A stretch of 64,000 nucleotides of DNA from Anthoceros angustus (GCA_010909165.1 MU008193.1:1-64000); one strand, 5' to 3'. Counted from the stretch's first letter, positions 37,869 through 51,567 are shown. The notes: generated by a model not told the origin, from the letters alone. Numbers and translations are program-made.

Positions 37869-40800
37869 TATGTAATCCCAAATCACATGAAAAGGATTGT
37901 CGAAGAAGAAGAATGGGGAACCTCGCAAGGAGGCCCCACCGAGCTAACATTGCACAAGAAACAATCTTCCTCAACTCCAGAAGGTTTCACGTGTGCTTGG
38001 CTTCTTCCAAGCCCTCCAATACCTCATGGTACTTAGAGGTGGAGCTACTTCACATATTTGTTACAATGAAACTCTTTGAGTCTTACTCACCACAGGTGAC
38101 ATCCCCGTCCTCCGAGATGATCACAACCTACCCATTGCGGTGTTGGTTCGTATTCAAGTGTGATTCAGTCGTTCTTCATCTTCATCACGTCCTCCATGTT
38201 CCTTCAATGTGCAAGAATCTAGTATCACCGCAAGTCTTTGTCAAGAACACACTGCGGTGATCCTTTATGCGATAGTTGTCTTCTCTCTTTCATAAGTGAT
38301 AGAAACTATACTGCATGTGCACTTTAGATGATGGTCTCTATAGATTGTCGACAAGTGGGAGCCACCCATTAATGTTGCCATTCCAAACCCAAATGACACC
38401 TACCCAAACCATGCTTTGGCATTGTCGCCTTGGTCATCCTAATAGTCAAAAATTAATCCAAATGTCTAAGGGAGCTTTATATAGAACCCTTGCCTTGCAA
38501 AGGTTGAACACCTACCTTGGTGCGAATCTTGTGTCCTCACTAAACGACATCAAGAGCCTTTCAAAATAAATCTCCACAAAGGGCCAAGTCACCTTTAGAG
38601 ATAGTGCACATGACATTTGTGGACCCTTGTCTACACCCTCCTTTAGTGGTAGTAGATATTTTTGACCTTCACGATGATTTCTGCTTTTGTCTTTTCCTAC
38701 ATCCCGAAAAACAAGAGTGATGCCTTTCACTTCTTCAAGGACTACATGAAATGGGTGAGAGACTTCATCACAAACTCAAGACCTTACGTCCGACAATGGT
38801 GGAGAGTTTACATCTCGAATTTGAGGATTTTGTCGAGTGAAGGTATAGCTCAACAACTTACGCTTGTCTACACTCCTCAACAAAATGGCGAGCCGAGAAC
38901 AAGAATCTACGCCCAAGAGATCACGTTGCTTATTGGTACAAGCTAAGTTATCTAAGGCTTATTGGGCGAGGCCCTCTAAAGAACCTATCTCATGAATCGA
39001 TTGCCTACATCAGCTTCAAGGTATGACTCCATATGAAGCATTCATTGGCAAGAAGCCTTCTATTGACCACCTTGAATTTTTGGATCCCGCATATGTTTTT
39101 ATTCCCAAAGCATTGCGTAAGTTGGATCCCAAAGCCTAAGTACACTTTCATTGGCTACACCGAAGGTATCAAAGGGTACAAATTGTTCAACCCTTCTACA
39201 AGGCAACTTTTATACGCCCGGAGTGTTACTTTTCATGAGTCTTACCTCTTTTCCCCAACAGTGGGAGCTGATCAGATTGGTCCTTCTCTCGATGAGACCA
39301 TTGACCCTTCTTATTTTGATGATACTGATTATCTCACTCCATTTCCCATTCTCGCTTCTCGTGTTCCTTTAGTTGAACCTATTATGCAGGAGGAGGAGGA
39401 GTTAGCATCCATTCCACAACCTGGTACAACTCAACCAGACGAACCTGATGTTGACATCCCAGCAGAGGCACCAGTTGACACTCATGATGATGAGTTTGAT
39501 GACCCGAGGATGACATTGTGGAGCCAGATCCTCCGTTGATCCCGCTCCCCGTGGATGATGCACTGCACAAAGGTACAACCTTAGATCCCGACCTACTATC
39601 TCAGTCCTGCAGTTGGAAGGAACCTCCTTTAGGATACCTAGCTTTTTGATGATCCTATACCCCTATATCACTTTATTCTCAAGCGTCTACAAGGCAACTA
39701 TAGACCCAAGAACCTCTTACCTTAAAACAAGCTTTCTCTTCGAAAAAGACTTATGGAAGGTAGTCAGATTCTCGAATATAATTCCCTAGTTAATAACTCT
39801 ACATGGAATTGGTCAAACCACCTAGGGGTAGGAAGATAGTAACCAGCAAATGGGTATTCAAAATTAAAAGAAAAGGAGATGGTTCTATAGAAAGGTATAA
39901 GGCACGCCTAGTAGCGAGGTTTTACACAAATTCTGGTCTAGATTACATACCTTGGGCCACTTATGCCCCAAGAGCCAAATTTGCCACACTTGAATGATAT
40001 TTGCCTTATGTGCCCAACATGATCTTGAACTCCACATGATGGATGTTAAGACAAAGATATTTGTATGGCGCAAGAGGAAATATACATGAGACAACCCGAG
40101 GGTTACGAAGTCAAAGGCAAAGAAGATTGGGTATGCCGACTCATCAAAGGTTTGTATGGCCTTAAGCGCAAGAATTGGAACTTAACCATACATGTACAAC
40201 TTATTGGGAGAGGATTTAAGCAAAGCCGTGGTGATGCTTGTATGTACATCCTAATATCCGCAATGATATATTTTATCTTCTACTTTATGTTGATGATGTT
40301 TTTATGGCAACAAACTCCCTCACTCCTAGCGAAACTAAAGCATGGCTTAGGACTCTATTTGAGATGTCCGATCTAGGAGAAATGACATATGCACTTGGTG
40401 TTAATATTATACGAAATAGAGGTAATAAGACTCTAAGTATAGTTCAAACCAAGTATATTAAGGAGAGTTTAGCTAATTTGGACTTGAGGATGCTGCACCC
40501 ACACCTTTTGCAAGTGGTGTTAGGCTTACCTCGGATATGAGTCCCAAAACAATGAAGAAAAGCTAGAAATGTCAGTTCCATACCGACATCTTTGTTGGCA
40601 CTCTAATATATTTATAATTTACGAGACCGATATATCTTTTGAAGTCGCCTCACAATTCTTGGAGAATCGGCGTGAGCCTTTGGATGTCTGTTATATTCGG
40701 TACCTTAAAGGCACTATGTACACGGGATCGATGTTCAAGCATACACCAACATCTAACACTCACGGCATATCGATGCCGATTATCTTGGTGACCCATACAA

Positions 40801-41210
40801 GAAAATCGATGTATGTTACTCTTGGGAGGAGCACCAATATCATGGTCAAGTAAGAAACAACCTACTATAGCTTTGTCTAGCGAGTCGAGTACAGTCCTTA
40901 CCTCTAAAGATATCGTATGGTCTAGGTTAGTTTTGAGTGAACTCCACCATTCTCAACTTAAGCCTACATCTTTGTTTAGTGATAGCCGGGCCATGCACTT
41001 GCTAGAACCCTTTTTCATTCTAGAACAAACATATAGCGGTTGAGTATCATTATATTAGAGAAAAGTTAGAAGATAAAACAATAGATATATTAGTTATGTT
41101 CAAACTTTAGACAATCTTGTGATTTATTAACAAAGTCATTGGAATTGAGTTACATAAAACACATGAAATGTTTAGGTATCCTGGACACCCACCAAACCTT
41201 CTACCTAAAG
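37869..41210 (+). pseudogene. pol: Copia A2 gag end and pol, frameshifted
   Basis: Near-identical to A1 1699-~4380; MLWHCRLGHPNSQKL; KWVFKIKRKGDGSIERYKARLVAR; LLLYVDDVF; WSSKKQPTIALS. Confidence 0.92.
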
Positions 41211-41236
41211 TTCATCCTAGCGACTAATGGGCCTAT

Positions 41237-41870
41237 TTAAAATAACCTCAAAATTTTAGCCCATATTGTTTTATTTTTCACAAACTTATTTCTTCCTCCT
41301 CTATCTCAAAGAAGCAAATATTGTCTTTTCCTTGTTCCTCATAGACGGTCCATAAACATCCTGATTTATATTGGAATAATAATTAATGCCAGTTTTTGTA
41401 TGCATTAAATCAACCATATATGTTTTTCCTAACACCAATCACACTTACGGAAAACATGAGTAGTGTGCCCTGGAAAATCCAAACTATAGGCACATTTGGT
41501 TTTGATCATATGGATTCCCGTCACTTCACAAACATATGAGTATGGGACATCCACCTTGCTAGGGCCTCCTTTTGTCAATACTACACTTTATCATAATCAC
41601 CTAATGGGAGATATTCGGATCGTAAAAGCCTATACTCTTCACTTCATTAGGCTCAGATAGTTGTAGTCTTCGCACCTGTGACACACAAGGATCAAGAAGG
41701 TTAGAACAATAAGACAAATTGAAAAGGAAACAAAACTAGAAACTCAAATTAGGAATCAACATATACCTTTTCATTCTCATTTTCCTTTCCTTTCCTTTTC
41801 TTTTCCTTTCCATCCTTCTTCCCCTTTTCTCTCCTTCATCCTCCACTGCACCACCCGCACTGCATGTGCC
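41237..41870 (-). CDS. Antisense accessory gene of copia A2 (3' part; 5' part displaced by the H1 insertion)
   Basis: KSIGFYDPN..LPLGD..VLTKGGPSKVDVPYSYVCEVTGIHMIKTKCAYSLDFPGHTTHVFRKCDWC..VYEEQGKDNICFFEIEEE..WAKILRLF*. Confidence 0.72.
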
Positions 41871-44800
41871 GGTGGACTGGACTTTGGGGTTAGGAACAGG
41901 TAGGTTTTGTTTTTCAGAGGAGCGAAGGATAAAATGAGGAAAAAGGGGAAATAAGCATGATAGCACCGGACGACTGAGTATACTCCGACCGAGTGAGGAA
42001 CGACTGACCTACTATGGTGCGCACGGGATAAGTCCGACCCACTCCGTGACCAAAGGTGATAAGTACGCCAGGAAAGTAACTTAGGAGTAAGGACGACCAG
42101 GCGACGCCACGGACGCACCCCGAGTGGAGGACGGCATGCACCGCCAGACCGTAACCTGCTGAGGCCGTTATAGCAGGTATTCACGCCGCGCGCGCGCGCG
42201 TAAGGCCGTAGCGGAGGCGTAAGGTCGGAGCCATGCACTGCGCTACATGTGGAAGAGGCGCCCGCCCGCCCGCCTCCCGGGCGCCGCGGGGAAGGTCACC
42301 GCCGCAGACACCGCGATCTTGCGCCCGCAACCGCTCGCGGTATCTCGTTGACGCCCAGACGCTGCTGGCTCACCGCTGAGGTTGGAGCAGCGAACGCGGC
42401 GAAGAAGGCGCAACGTGCCAGCCTCCGGCTGCTGCACCAAGAAGGGGAGGAGAAGGCGATGGCACCCAAAAGCCCGCGAAGTTTGGGAGCCATGGAACCT
42501 TGTGGAGCGCAACATTGTGACCCGCGCTATCCGGACTTTGGGCCTGCCCAGGAAGGGGAGAATTGGTGCAGGAGTGGCATTTGGATGTGTTCCATGGTCC
42601 GGACGCTCGACAGTGTCACCGTCCGGAGTTCGCCCAAAATGGCGGTCAATAGGAGGTGCGGTCCAAGAACCTCCGGAGGACCCAAGGCGATGGACCTTGA
42701 GGTCCCGAGGCGCCTACAACCGCCCAAAGGAGGAAGAGGGGGAGGTGCCGAGCCCTCAAGGCGAAGGAAGATAGGGCCGCCACGCCGCGGCGCCGAGGCT
42801 CGACGCAACGACCACCAACGGTTGGTCGATATCCGACCGCTGGATCCGAGTAAGGGCGGTAGCCCGATCATTGTCCATCGAACTACTACCAAGGTGGATC
42901 ACCTTGGTGATAATGCTGGTATTCGCGCCGCAATGGGGAAGAGGGCGACCGGGAAGGATTATCTTCGCCCGGTTTAGTCAGGAGGCCCGCAAGCTCAGGA
43001 CCGAGAAGCCCTCGCCATCTGGGCTGTCCCCATACCTGATCCATGTATGGGGCATTTCGAGCCCCTCAAGGAAGGAGAGCTTGAGCGAGCCCGGAAAGGA
43101 CTGGAGGCCCTGCCGGAAGTGGAGCGGGCAAGGGCGCCTGAGGGAGGAGGCCGACCGTCAAGCCAAACGGACCCGGGAGGAGGACGATCGAGGATTCCTG
43201 ACTCCATACGCCGAACGGACCCCTCACCACCTGTGGAAGTATGGGAAGAAATTCCCGCCTCCTCCGTGCCCCAACCGAGCTGCCACCAAAGAAGGCTACA
43301 CCCCCCGCAGCCATCACCACAACCGAGGAGCCCCGCCGACGTGAGGGAGCCAAGAGACGCAAGACCACGCACCAACGCTGCACCTCGGCAAGATTCTCCC
43401 CGCCCACCTGAGTGGCAAGAAGGAGGAAGCAGAAGGAGGGCGAAAGGGACGCCTGTGAGCAGGAGGACACCGCAGCACCGACTGAGCCCCGGGCGTGAAG
43501 GGGCAAAGGGCTTGCTCCTCACCTCCTCCGAGCCCTGTGAGAAAAGGGCGAGAAGGAGCTCGCGCCAAAAGGGCCAAGGAGGAAGCGAGCCAAGACTCGT
43601 GACCTAAGGGTCCCGATTAGGTCCGAGAACCCACCGACTTACTCCGACAGCGTATGGAGGTCCTCGGCGATCAGATGCCGCCCGCCACTTTGTGGGAGCC
43701 TCATCAGCGCCGTGGAAGAAACACGGTGGTCCTGCTACCGCATGGAGTGCCTGGGGTCTCAAGGATGGCCGAGAAGACCTGTGGAGGTAGAAGCCACCCG
43801 AGGCGCATGGTACTCCGTGAGCAGCTGGAGGGAGCCCAGAGGCGAGAAGGAAGGCCAAGCCTCGGATTGAGGAAGGGAAACGCCGGAGGAGAGGGAGGTC
43901 CGTCCATCCGCAAGGACCGACAAATTCCTTCACCGGAGGAGCACAAGGCAGCCAAGGAGGCCCAAGCGGCGAGGACCTCTGCAGAGGGCGAGCGCAGCAG
44001 AAGCGGAGGACGCCGGGCGCAAGCGTAACGGGCGCGGATCCGCGGAGGCAGACCGACCGAGAGCCAAGCCGAGAGGCTCGTGAAGGTGGCCAAGGAGGCG
44101 AGGCCACGGGCGGCCGATCGCGATCACCATCGGCGTGATCGAACCGGTGGAGGGAGGCGGCCGAGAGCCACGCCAATCAAGGCCGAGCAAGTGGCATGAG
44201 CACGACGAGCTGCGAGAACACTGAGGCCAAGACCCGGAAATCGGGGACCCTGTGGCGCAGCAGAGGTAGAAGGGAGGCGCAGAGCCGGAGGACAAGAAGG
44301 ACACCTTGGAGTTACAACCCAAGACGCACGGAGCAAAGCAAGGGTTCTCAACGAGAGAATCCAAGACTTCGAGCGAGATAGAGCGCCTCCGCCTCAAGAT
44401 GGAGCAGGAGGTGGCGAGCAAGCGACCACCAGCCAAGAAGTTCGAAGGAGATGGAGGAGGACTCACTCCCGGAGGTGGAGCAGCAGGAGATGGAGGACCG
44501 CAAGGAGACTTTGAGCGCAGCCCAAACTATCATTGAGAGGAATGGTAGTCAGGACATGGTCGCGAACGCGACGAGCCCCGCCTGCATGAGCCGACGGGCG
44601 GAACAGGAGCAGGACGCCGAGATGGAGAAGGGCTGGAAAGCCCGCAGCCGGGCAGGTTGCCCGACCGTCTGGAGCGGGAGATGGCGAGTTAACGTAATGG
44701 ACAAAGAGGCAGGGCGGAAGGCAAGCCGCCGGTCCAGAGGAAGCGGAAGGAACGCCGCGCTATGGCGGGTCCGGCCGAACCAAGCGAGGGAGTTGGAGCA

Positions 44801-46231
44801 AGTGGAGCAACATGACGGGGAGGACTGAGCTGGCACTGAAGCAGCCTCCCTATCAAACCCGCGGGAGGTGGAGCAACAAGGCAACAGCCTCCCGAGCACC
44901 TATGGCGAAGGAGTACGGTGCTCACACGTGGAAGAGGCAATCCACAAGTGGATTCGACTTTGCCTATTACCACGCCGAGCTGGCGAGAGGCCTCTCACCG
45001 CCGCACAGACGGACGGAAGGCCTGAGGGGGAAGGGCACGGGACAGACAGGGACCCTAGGGGCCCTGCTTGAGACGACGGCAGGAGAGGAGCCCCAAGAGG
45101 AGCGGGACGCAGGACCCCAAGGTAAGTTCACCACCACCATCCGAGAAGGTGAGGGCCCAGGGGTGCAGGGAGGGAGCCAACCCGACCAAGACAAGGGTCG
45201 GGTAAGGAGGAGGACCCAAAGACGAGGTCCATGTGAAGGGGTCCGAGCAGGACCGGACTCAGAATAAGTTCGGACCGAGGTCCGAACCTGAGACGAGGCC
45301 GACCCACCGCCGACGGAAATAAGCCGACTGGAGTTCAGTCGAGTCGAGACCGACCGAGGTCGACTCAAGAAGGAGGAGCCCCTTCGACTTCAGGGAGCAG
45401 ATGGGGGCCCCACCGAGGGGACCCATGGGAGGCTGTGGAGGATGACGGTGGTAACGCGGTCGCCGCCACGAGCCCAACCCGTGATTCCGGGAGAGGAGGG
45501 GTCCCCGCGATCATCCGATTGCGCGCCGCAATCGCCGTGACGGAGATTGGACCACCAATCCCAAGGCGGAACCTGGACCTTCCCCACCACCCCGAAGGAG
45601 ATAGGGGAGGGAATAGGATGGTAGGCGGCGATTAGGCATACCGAAATGCCGCCCGTAATAGGGGTGTAATAAAGACGCCGACCGGTAGTATAAGAGGGCC
45701 GGGCCGCCTCAATAAATCATCTTTCTTGGTGTTGATGCCGCTCTGCACTTGTGTCTTGCTAACGTGAGTCCCGATGAGGTGCACGGCGCCCGAGGGATTG
45801 ACTGTGGTCCCGTGACGGACCTAACGTGTGTGGTGTGTGCAGGAAGGGTGATCGGGACCCGTGCTCGCCCGAGCCGCGCCCAAAACGGACTGAACGGTGA
45901 GCCGAGGGACTCGGAGGGCGGCAGAGCCCGGACGAGAGGCCCGTGGAACGAGGAGGTCCGGACTGTAACCCGCTTTTTTAAGACCGATAAGTGTAGTGAG
46001 TGGAGAGAGGAAAGGATGAGGTGTGAGAGACGAACGGAACAAACGGACGCCGAACGGGTCCTTAAACGCTTGGCCATACACCCGTCGGTGTTTGAGTAGT
46101 TAGACGTGAACTAAGGAGTGTGTGCGGACCGAGGACGAAAGTAAGACGATCAAACGCGCAAACGGAGTCATTCCTTTGGGAACCTTCCTACAACGACACG
46201 GATTGGCGCGCTACCGCAAAAGTCGCGCACA
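41871..46231 (+). repeat. H1 5' LTR
   Basis: Start matches tgtggact at 51568; ends gcgcaca followed by tttt and the PBS; TATAAG at 45689 and AATAAA at 45711. Confidence 0.85.
42459..45635 (+). CDS. LTR-encoded (U3) accessory protein of family H, ~1050 codons, frameshifted
   Basis: The ATG (MAPK..EVWEPWNLVERNIVTRAIRTLGLP) is present in both LTRs (42459, 52167). GLSPYLIHVWGHFE.LKEGELE resembles the G block. An E/R/K-rich region follows and the ORF ends just before TATA 45689. Confidence 0.65.
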
Positions 46232-46234
46232 TTT

Positions 46235-46250
46235 TGGCCGCTGCCGGGAA
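46235..46250 (+). promoter_or_regulatory. H1 PBS, tRNA-Asp-like
   Basis: tggccgctgccgggaa after a T-run. Confidence 0.7.
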
Positions 46251-49200
46251 TGAAATCGCTCAGGCAAGCGGATGCGTGGAGGACGGAGGTAGTTAAGGAC
46301 GAATCGAGAGAGTCGGACGCCAGATCGCCGAGCGCCCGAGCGCAGTAACGTGAGAGACGACGAGCTCGAGGCGAGGACACCACCAATGTAAGCGTGGGTG
46401 GAGTTGTCGGATCGAGAGGAGGACGCAGACAAGTCGCGGTGGCGTTCCTCATCCTCACCGATCGCGACGATGGCAACGCCGACCAAGCAAGCGATTCTCT
46501 CTTTGGAGGTAAGAAGGAGAGGACAAACCTTCGTGGAGGATTTCGTGCGCGGCAAACTTCAACGGAGAAGGTTCGGATGCAGCTCATTCAAATTGCTCCA
46601 AGGGTCCTGCGGGCTCGCTGGTATGAGGAAATACCGACCGTAACGCACTCGCAACCTTCAAGATTGAAGGATGCCTTCTAGAAAGATTCCGCGAATCGAT
46701 CAAGAAGGCTACGCCTTGTCCAAACTCGAGAACCCAAGCGGCAAGACGAGAAGTTGGGATCAGACATCGAACGTTCACGCTACCGGACCGGCACCCCACC
46801 CACACTACCATGCAAAGGGTACGTTGGTTCGCATGGCTTATCCAAGCCAATGGCTAAGCACGCCGCTAAGTAGAAAGATGTGAGCAAGGCGGTCCGGCGG
46901 CGGAGAACTATGAAGAATCGATGCACCAACGACGAGGACTCCTCCTGGAGGAAAGAAGAAAAAGAAGAAACGGGCCTGGATCAAGATGAAGAACCCTGAC
47001 GAGGAGGATGATGAGACCGAGGCGGGAGGAAGAGGAAGAGGACTCAAGAAGAACTGAGGAGGTCATGGAAGAAGAAGAACCTCACAAAAAATAAAGAAGA
47101 AGCCCGTAGTCGGAGGGTGGAAAAGAAGGAGGTCATGATGCCCGACTGCAGAGAGGTCCCGACCCAGCCTCCTTTGAAGGAAGTAGCGACCGAGGGAAGA
47201 TCTAGAACGGTAATGAAGAGGGTGGAGGAGTTGACGATCAACCGTGAAGGATAAAGAACGTGAAGGCGGCCACCACGGTCCGACTCATCTGGTGTGCGTG
47301 TCACCAACATGGGCATTCAAGGCCAATCGCCTCCGCACTGGAACTGTGGAGTATGACTACGGGAAGAGTCCGAGGAACAAAGGAGGATGCCAAGTGCAAG
47401 AAGCACAACCGACCATCCAGAATGTACGGCACCGGTCCGTCTGCATCGACCGATGCAAAGACGCATGGGAGCCCTCCAGAATTCTCGGCGGCGTGGTCTC
47501 ATTGGAACTGTGGGAACCCCGGCACTACTCCAACGCCATACCCCACCGCAAGGCAACGGGACTTTGAACGCGGTGGAGATTGTAAGGTGCAGGGCACATG
47601 GCGCACTGTGTCCGAATCCTCGCCGAGGACGGTGCGCACGCCACCCCAGAGCCGCTGACCACCCACGCCCTCCCTAAGGCGCGCCTGAAATTGAAGACGC
47701 ACAATGGAGTGGAGGAGGCACCGAGGAGCTAACGAGGTGGTACGGGGCAAGTTCGCTAAGGAGAAGAAGGCGGACCGAGGTACCGGAAGTGTCAACCCGA
47801 GTCGCCGAAAGGAGCGAAGGAAAGGAGACAGCAAGAGGAAGAAAATGGGATAGTCCCACGACACGAGGACAACACTGAAGGAAGCCGAACCCGCCAAAGA
47901 GGACGAGTTAATAAACCGCTGGAGCCGCCAACCAAAAGCCACCGGAGTCTGGAGAAGCGGACTCACCCACGGCAACACCGCAGCCCCACCGGATGTGGTC
48001 CGAGAAGTGACCGAGATGCTTCAAGAAGAACTCCGACAGACCTGAGTGGTCCGACCACCACAGAGGCCGCCGGAGGAGTCAAGGCGCGCGGACGCAGCAG
48101 AGAACCACCCGCCTTTCAAGGTGGCCGACTTGATGATGGACCAACAACACTTGGTGTCCCTTAGGCGCTTGTTAAAAGACAACCCGGTATCGGCGAAGTC
48201 CGAAGGCCATCGTGAAACGCAACCACGCCGGAACTCCTTGGCCCTAAGGGCAAGAACGTGGAGGTAAGGGTCGATCTCATACGGACCGGGCGCCAGTGTG
48301 GAAATTGCGGGTGTGTAATTAAAACGTGCCTCTAGACACGGGTCGAGTGAACCTCATCACCGAGGCCACCGCAAGACGGCCGGGTTCACCACCTTCGAGC
48401 CATCCACCAAAACCCTCGTGATGGCGACATGTCGCGCGAGCGCCAGCGGGGAGTTGTCCCGAGTCCAAGCCACCATAGCGGGAGCCCCTATACATTAGAT
48501 TTCGTCATCGACCGGGACTGGGTACGAGGTCCTGCTCGGCCTTGGCCGGGCCTCGCCGACAAAACTACACTTGGACGGAAGGAAATACACTTCAAGCCGT
48601 GGACCGGGATCCAAGGTGAGGGAAGGACGCAGCGACACTGAGTAAGGACACATGGGGAAACCACAAGACTACGTAGGGTACACCTCCAAGACAAGTGGGG
48701 ACGATGAGCGAGGATACGAATGAGGACTACCCTTTCCCAAAATCACGTGGTCCAAGAAGAAATGGACTATCGAGGGACACCTTTGGAGCAGAGGTGATCA
48801 CCGCTTCCAAGTGGAAGTCGAGGACGGCAATAAAAGGTGAATCCGATGAGGAGGACTCAAGAAGTAACCGCTTCACTCGATTTAACTCTTCCGAGAATGG
48901 GGAATGCGTGAAGATGAACCTGGGTAGAGGATGATGGCTTTGGGCGAGAAGCGCGAGGGAAAGAGACTCAACCCGACGATGTGGAAGACGTGGAGGTTCG
49001 CCTGTGGAAATTCCTAAAATTCGCAAGGTATGCCATCGAGGAAACAAGACCTCACACGATTGTTGGGGAATTCATGAGGTGTTCGCTTTCAAGGTCACAT
49101 GAAGGCATTCAAACAAAGGCGAACACCGGATAGATCTGAAGCCGAGCGGTGCTCGATTAGGGCAAGATAAATCAATCCCAAGCACTCGCCAAGGTCAAGG

Positions 49201-51540
49201 AAGTCCCGGATAAGTATCCGGAAGCGACATCATCTTCCCAATCAATAAAGGAGGGTGGCGCATTGTGGTCGTTCAAGAAGCAGCAGGATGATTCGTCCGA
49301 GACTGGAGAAAGCTTAACGCCGCCACAGAAAAGGACCATTTTCCCATGCCCTTTGTGGACGACATACTGGACAAGGTGGCAGGACGGAGTACCTACTCCT
49401 TCTTGGACGGCTACTCCGGCTACAACCAGCTGCACCTAAGGGAGTCGGACTAGGATAAGACAACGTTCACCACGGAGTGGGGAACGTTTGCCTACAAACG
49501 AAGCGCCTTCGGGATGACAGGAGCACCCGGATCATTTATGCGGATGGTGACCAACGCCTTCCGGAATTCCGAGGGACTTCATGGAGGTGTTCTGGACGAC
49601 TTGCACGAGAGGAGGACAAACACGTGGACATTTAAGTGTTTGGAACGATGTAGGAGACTCAACTGCCTCGCATCCCGAGAAATGCTACTGCATGACAGGG
49701 AATCTTGTTGGGCACCGAGTGTCGGCAAGAGGGATAGAGGTGGACCAAGACAAGGTGAAAGTCATCCACCCCGCAGCCCACCAACGAACTTGAAGGAGTT
49801 ACGGGATTCGGGCATGGTGGGTTACTATAGGCGCTTCATCCAAGATTTTGCAAAGAGGGCCTGCTAACAGAGCTACTCAGAAGGAGGAGGAATGGACCGA
49901 CGCCGAAAGGGAGGCGGCATTTGAGACCTGCACCACTGTCGGCCCCAAGACCAAAAGGACCGGACCGGGAAGCGATTCCATGTGTATGTGGATGTGTCCG
50001 CCATCGAGTAGTGCTCACCAAAAGATGATAAACGGAGGGATCACCCAATCTACTACTGGAAGACGACGCGAACGAGGTACACTACTACGGAGCGAGAGGC
50101 ATTGGGAATGGTATACTTAAGAAATTCGCATACCTTCCGCCCAATGAGTTTGTGTTCTATGTTGATCACTGCCAAGCATTTGGTGAACAAGGCACTTGTC
50201 CACGGATTGCGAGGTGGATTCTGCTACAGGAGTTCACATTTGAGGTGGAGACTAGGCAAGGAAGGCAACACCAAACGACTTCTTGTCCAGAAAGCGGAGC
50301 CCCAGGATCAAGAGGACGCCTTCGGATGAGGAATTGGTGGCGCGATAGAGGAGGAGGTAGAGGAGCACCGACAAACCCTAAGCCGGGACATGGACCCACC
50401 AGGAGGGGAGCGACGGGGCGCCCTACGCGGAGTTGGAACGGTACCTATGGGAGATGGAGCCAAACGAATCGAACCGTCCGGGCAGCCTTTGTGCACTACG
50501 CCTTGTATAACTTGCATCTTTAAGGTGGGGCGTGGAACGAAGGTACCCAACAAAGTGAAACGGAGGTGGTAATAAAGGGATGCACGAAGGACTAGGTGGT
50601 GGACATTATGACAGTCACCACCAAGAAAATCTTGAGGTCGGGTACGTGGCCCACCATGTATGGGGAAACACACCAATTCGTGAAGAAGTGTGATGCTTGT
50701 CAGCGGATCGGGAAGCCGACTGCCACAACCCAATGGCCGTTAGTGCCCATACTAGCACTAGCGCCTTTTGAGAAGTGGGGCATCGACTTCGTTGGACCTA
50801 TACAGCCAACGACGAGGCACACACAAAAGCGGTACATCTTGGTGGCAACGGACTACCGCACTGTGGGTGAAGCGCTTAGAACGGACTGCAGGTGGCCAAA
50901 TTCCTCACGAAAACATCATCACAAGGTATGGGTGTCCGCGTAGTGATAGGGGAACCCATTTCCTCAATGATGTGATAACGCAATGACGGACTATTTCGCA
51001 TCACACATCGAAACGCCCCTACAACCAAGGCCAACGGATCGGAGAAAGACCAATGGACTTATCCGCCGATCCTCAATAAGCTTTAACTATGCGCACGATC
51101 GATACAAAGTCACCATCGCCATGGGCGCTCGTAACGCAGAGAAGGTAACCACGCAACGAACTCAGACATCGACGGGGCACTCACCCGTTATGCCGGTAGA
51201 GTTTGAGGTGCCAACACCCGTCATGATGGAAAGGCGCTTAACGGATGAAGAGAGCCAACGAGCTTTGCTAGGGTTTGTGCAAAGATACGGAGGACCGGGA
51301 AGAGGCGCAACAATAATGCAATCGCATGTAATCAACGAAACCGGCATGATCGCCTCAATCGTGGGAGTATGTGAAGGAGGGAGATCCGCCTCCTTTACGA
51401 CCGACATATGCACTTCCTGTAAACTCCACCGATGGATGGGACCTTACCAAGTCGCGTATACCAATGGGTCCGCTCACGGCTTGGATGGTGAATTGCCCAC
51501 CGGTGAACGGGTGGCGGGTGAAAAGTATTTTAGTGTTGGC
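46250..51540 (+). pseudogene. gag-pol: H1 gag-pol, frameshifted
   Basis: Knuckle array 47290-47615; protease LDTG (~48332); RT RKLNAATEKDHFPMPFVDDILDKVAG..SFLDGYSGYNQ and FMEVFxDD (~49580); RH RIARWILLQEFTF; INT KKCDACQR..PFEKWGIDFVGP. Confidence 0.9.
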
Positions 51541-51567
51541 GAGACGCCAACAGTGAGAAGGGGAGTA

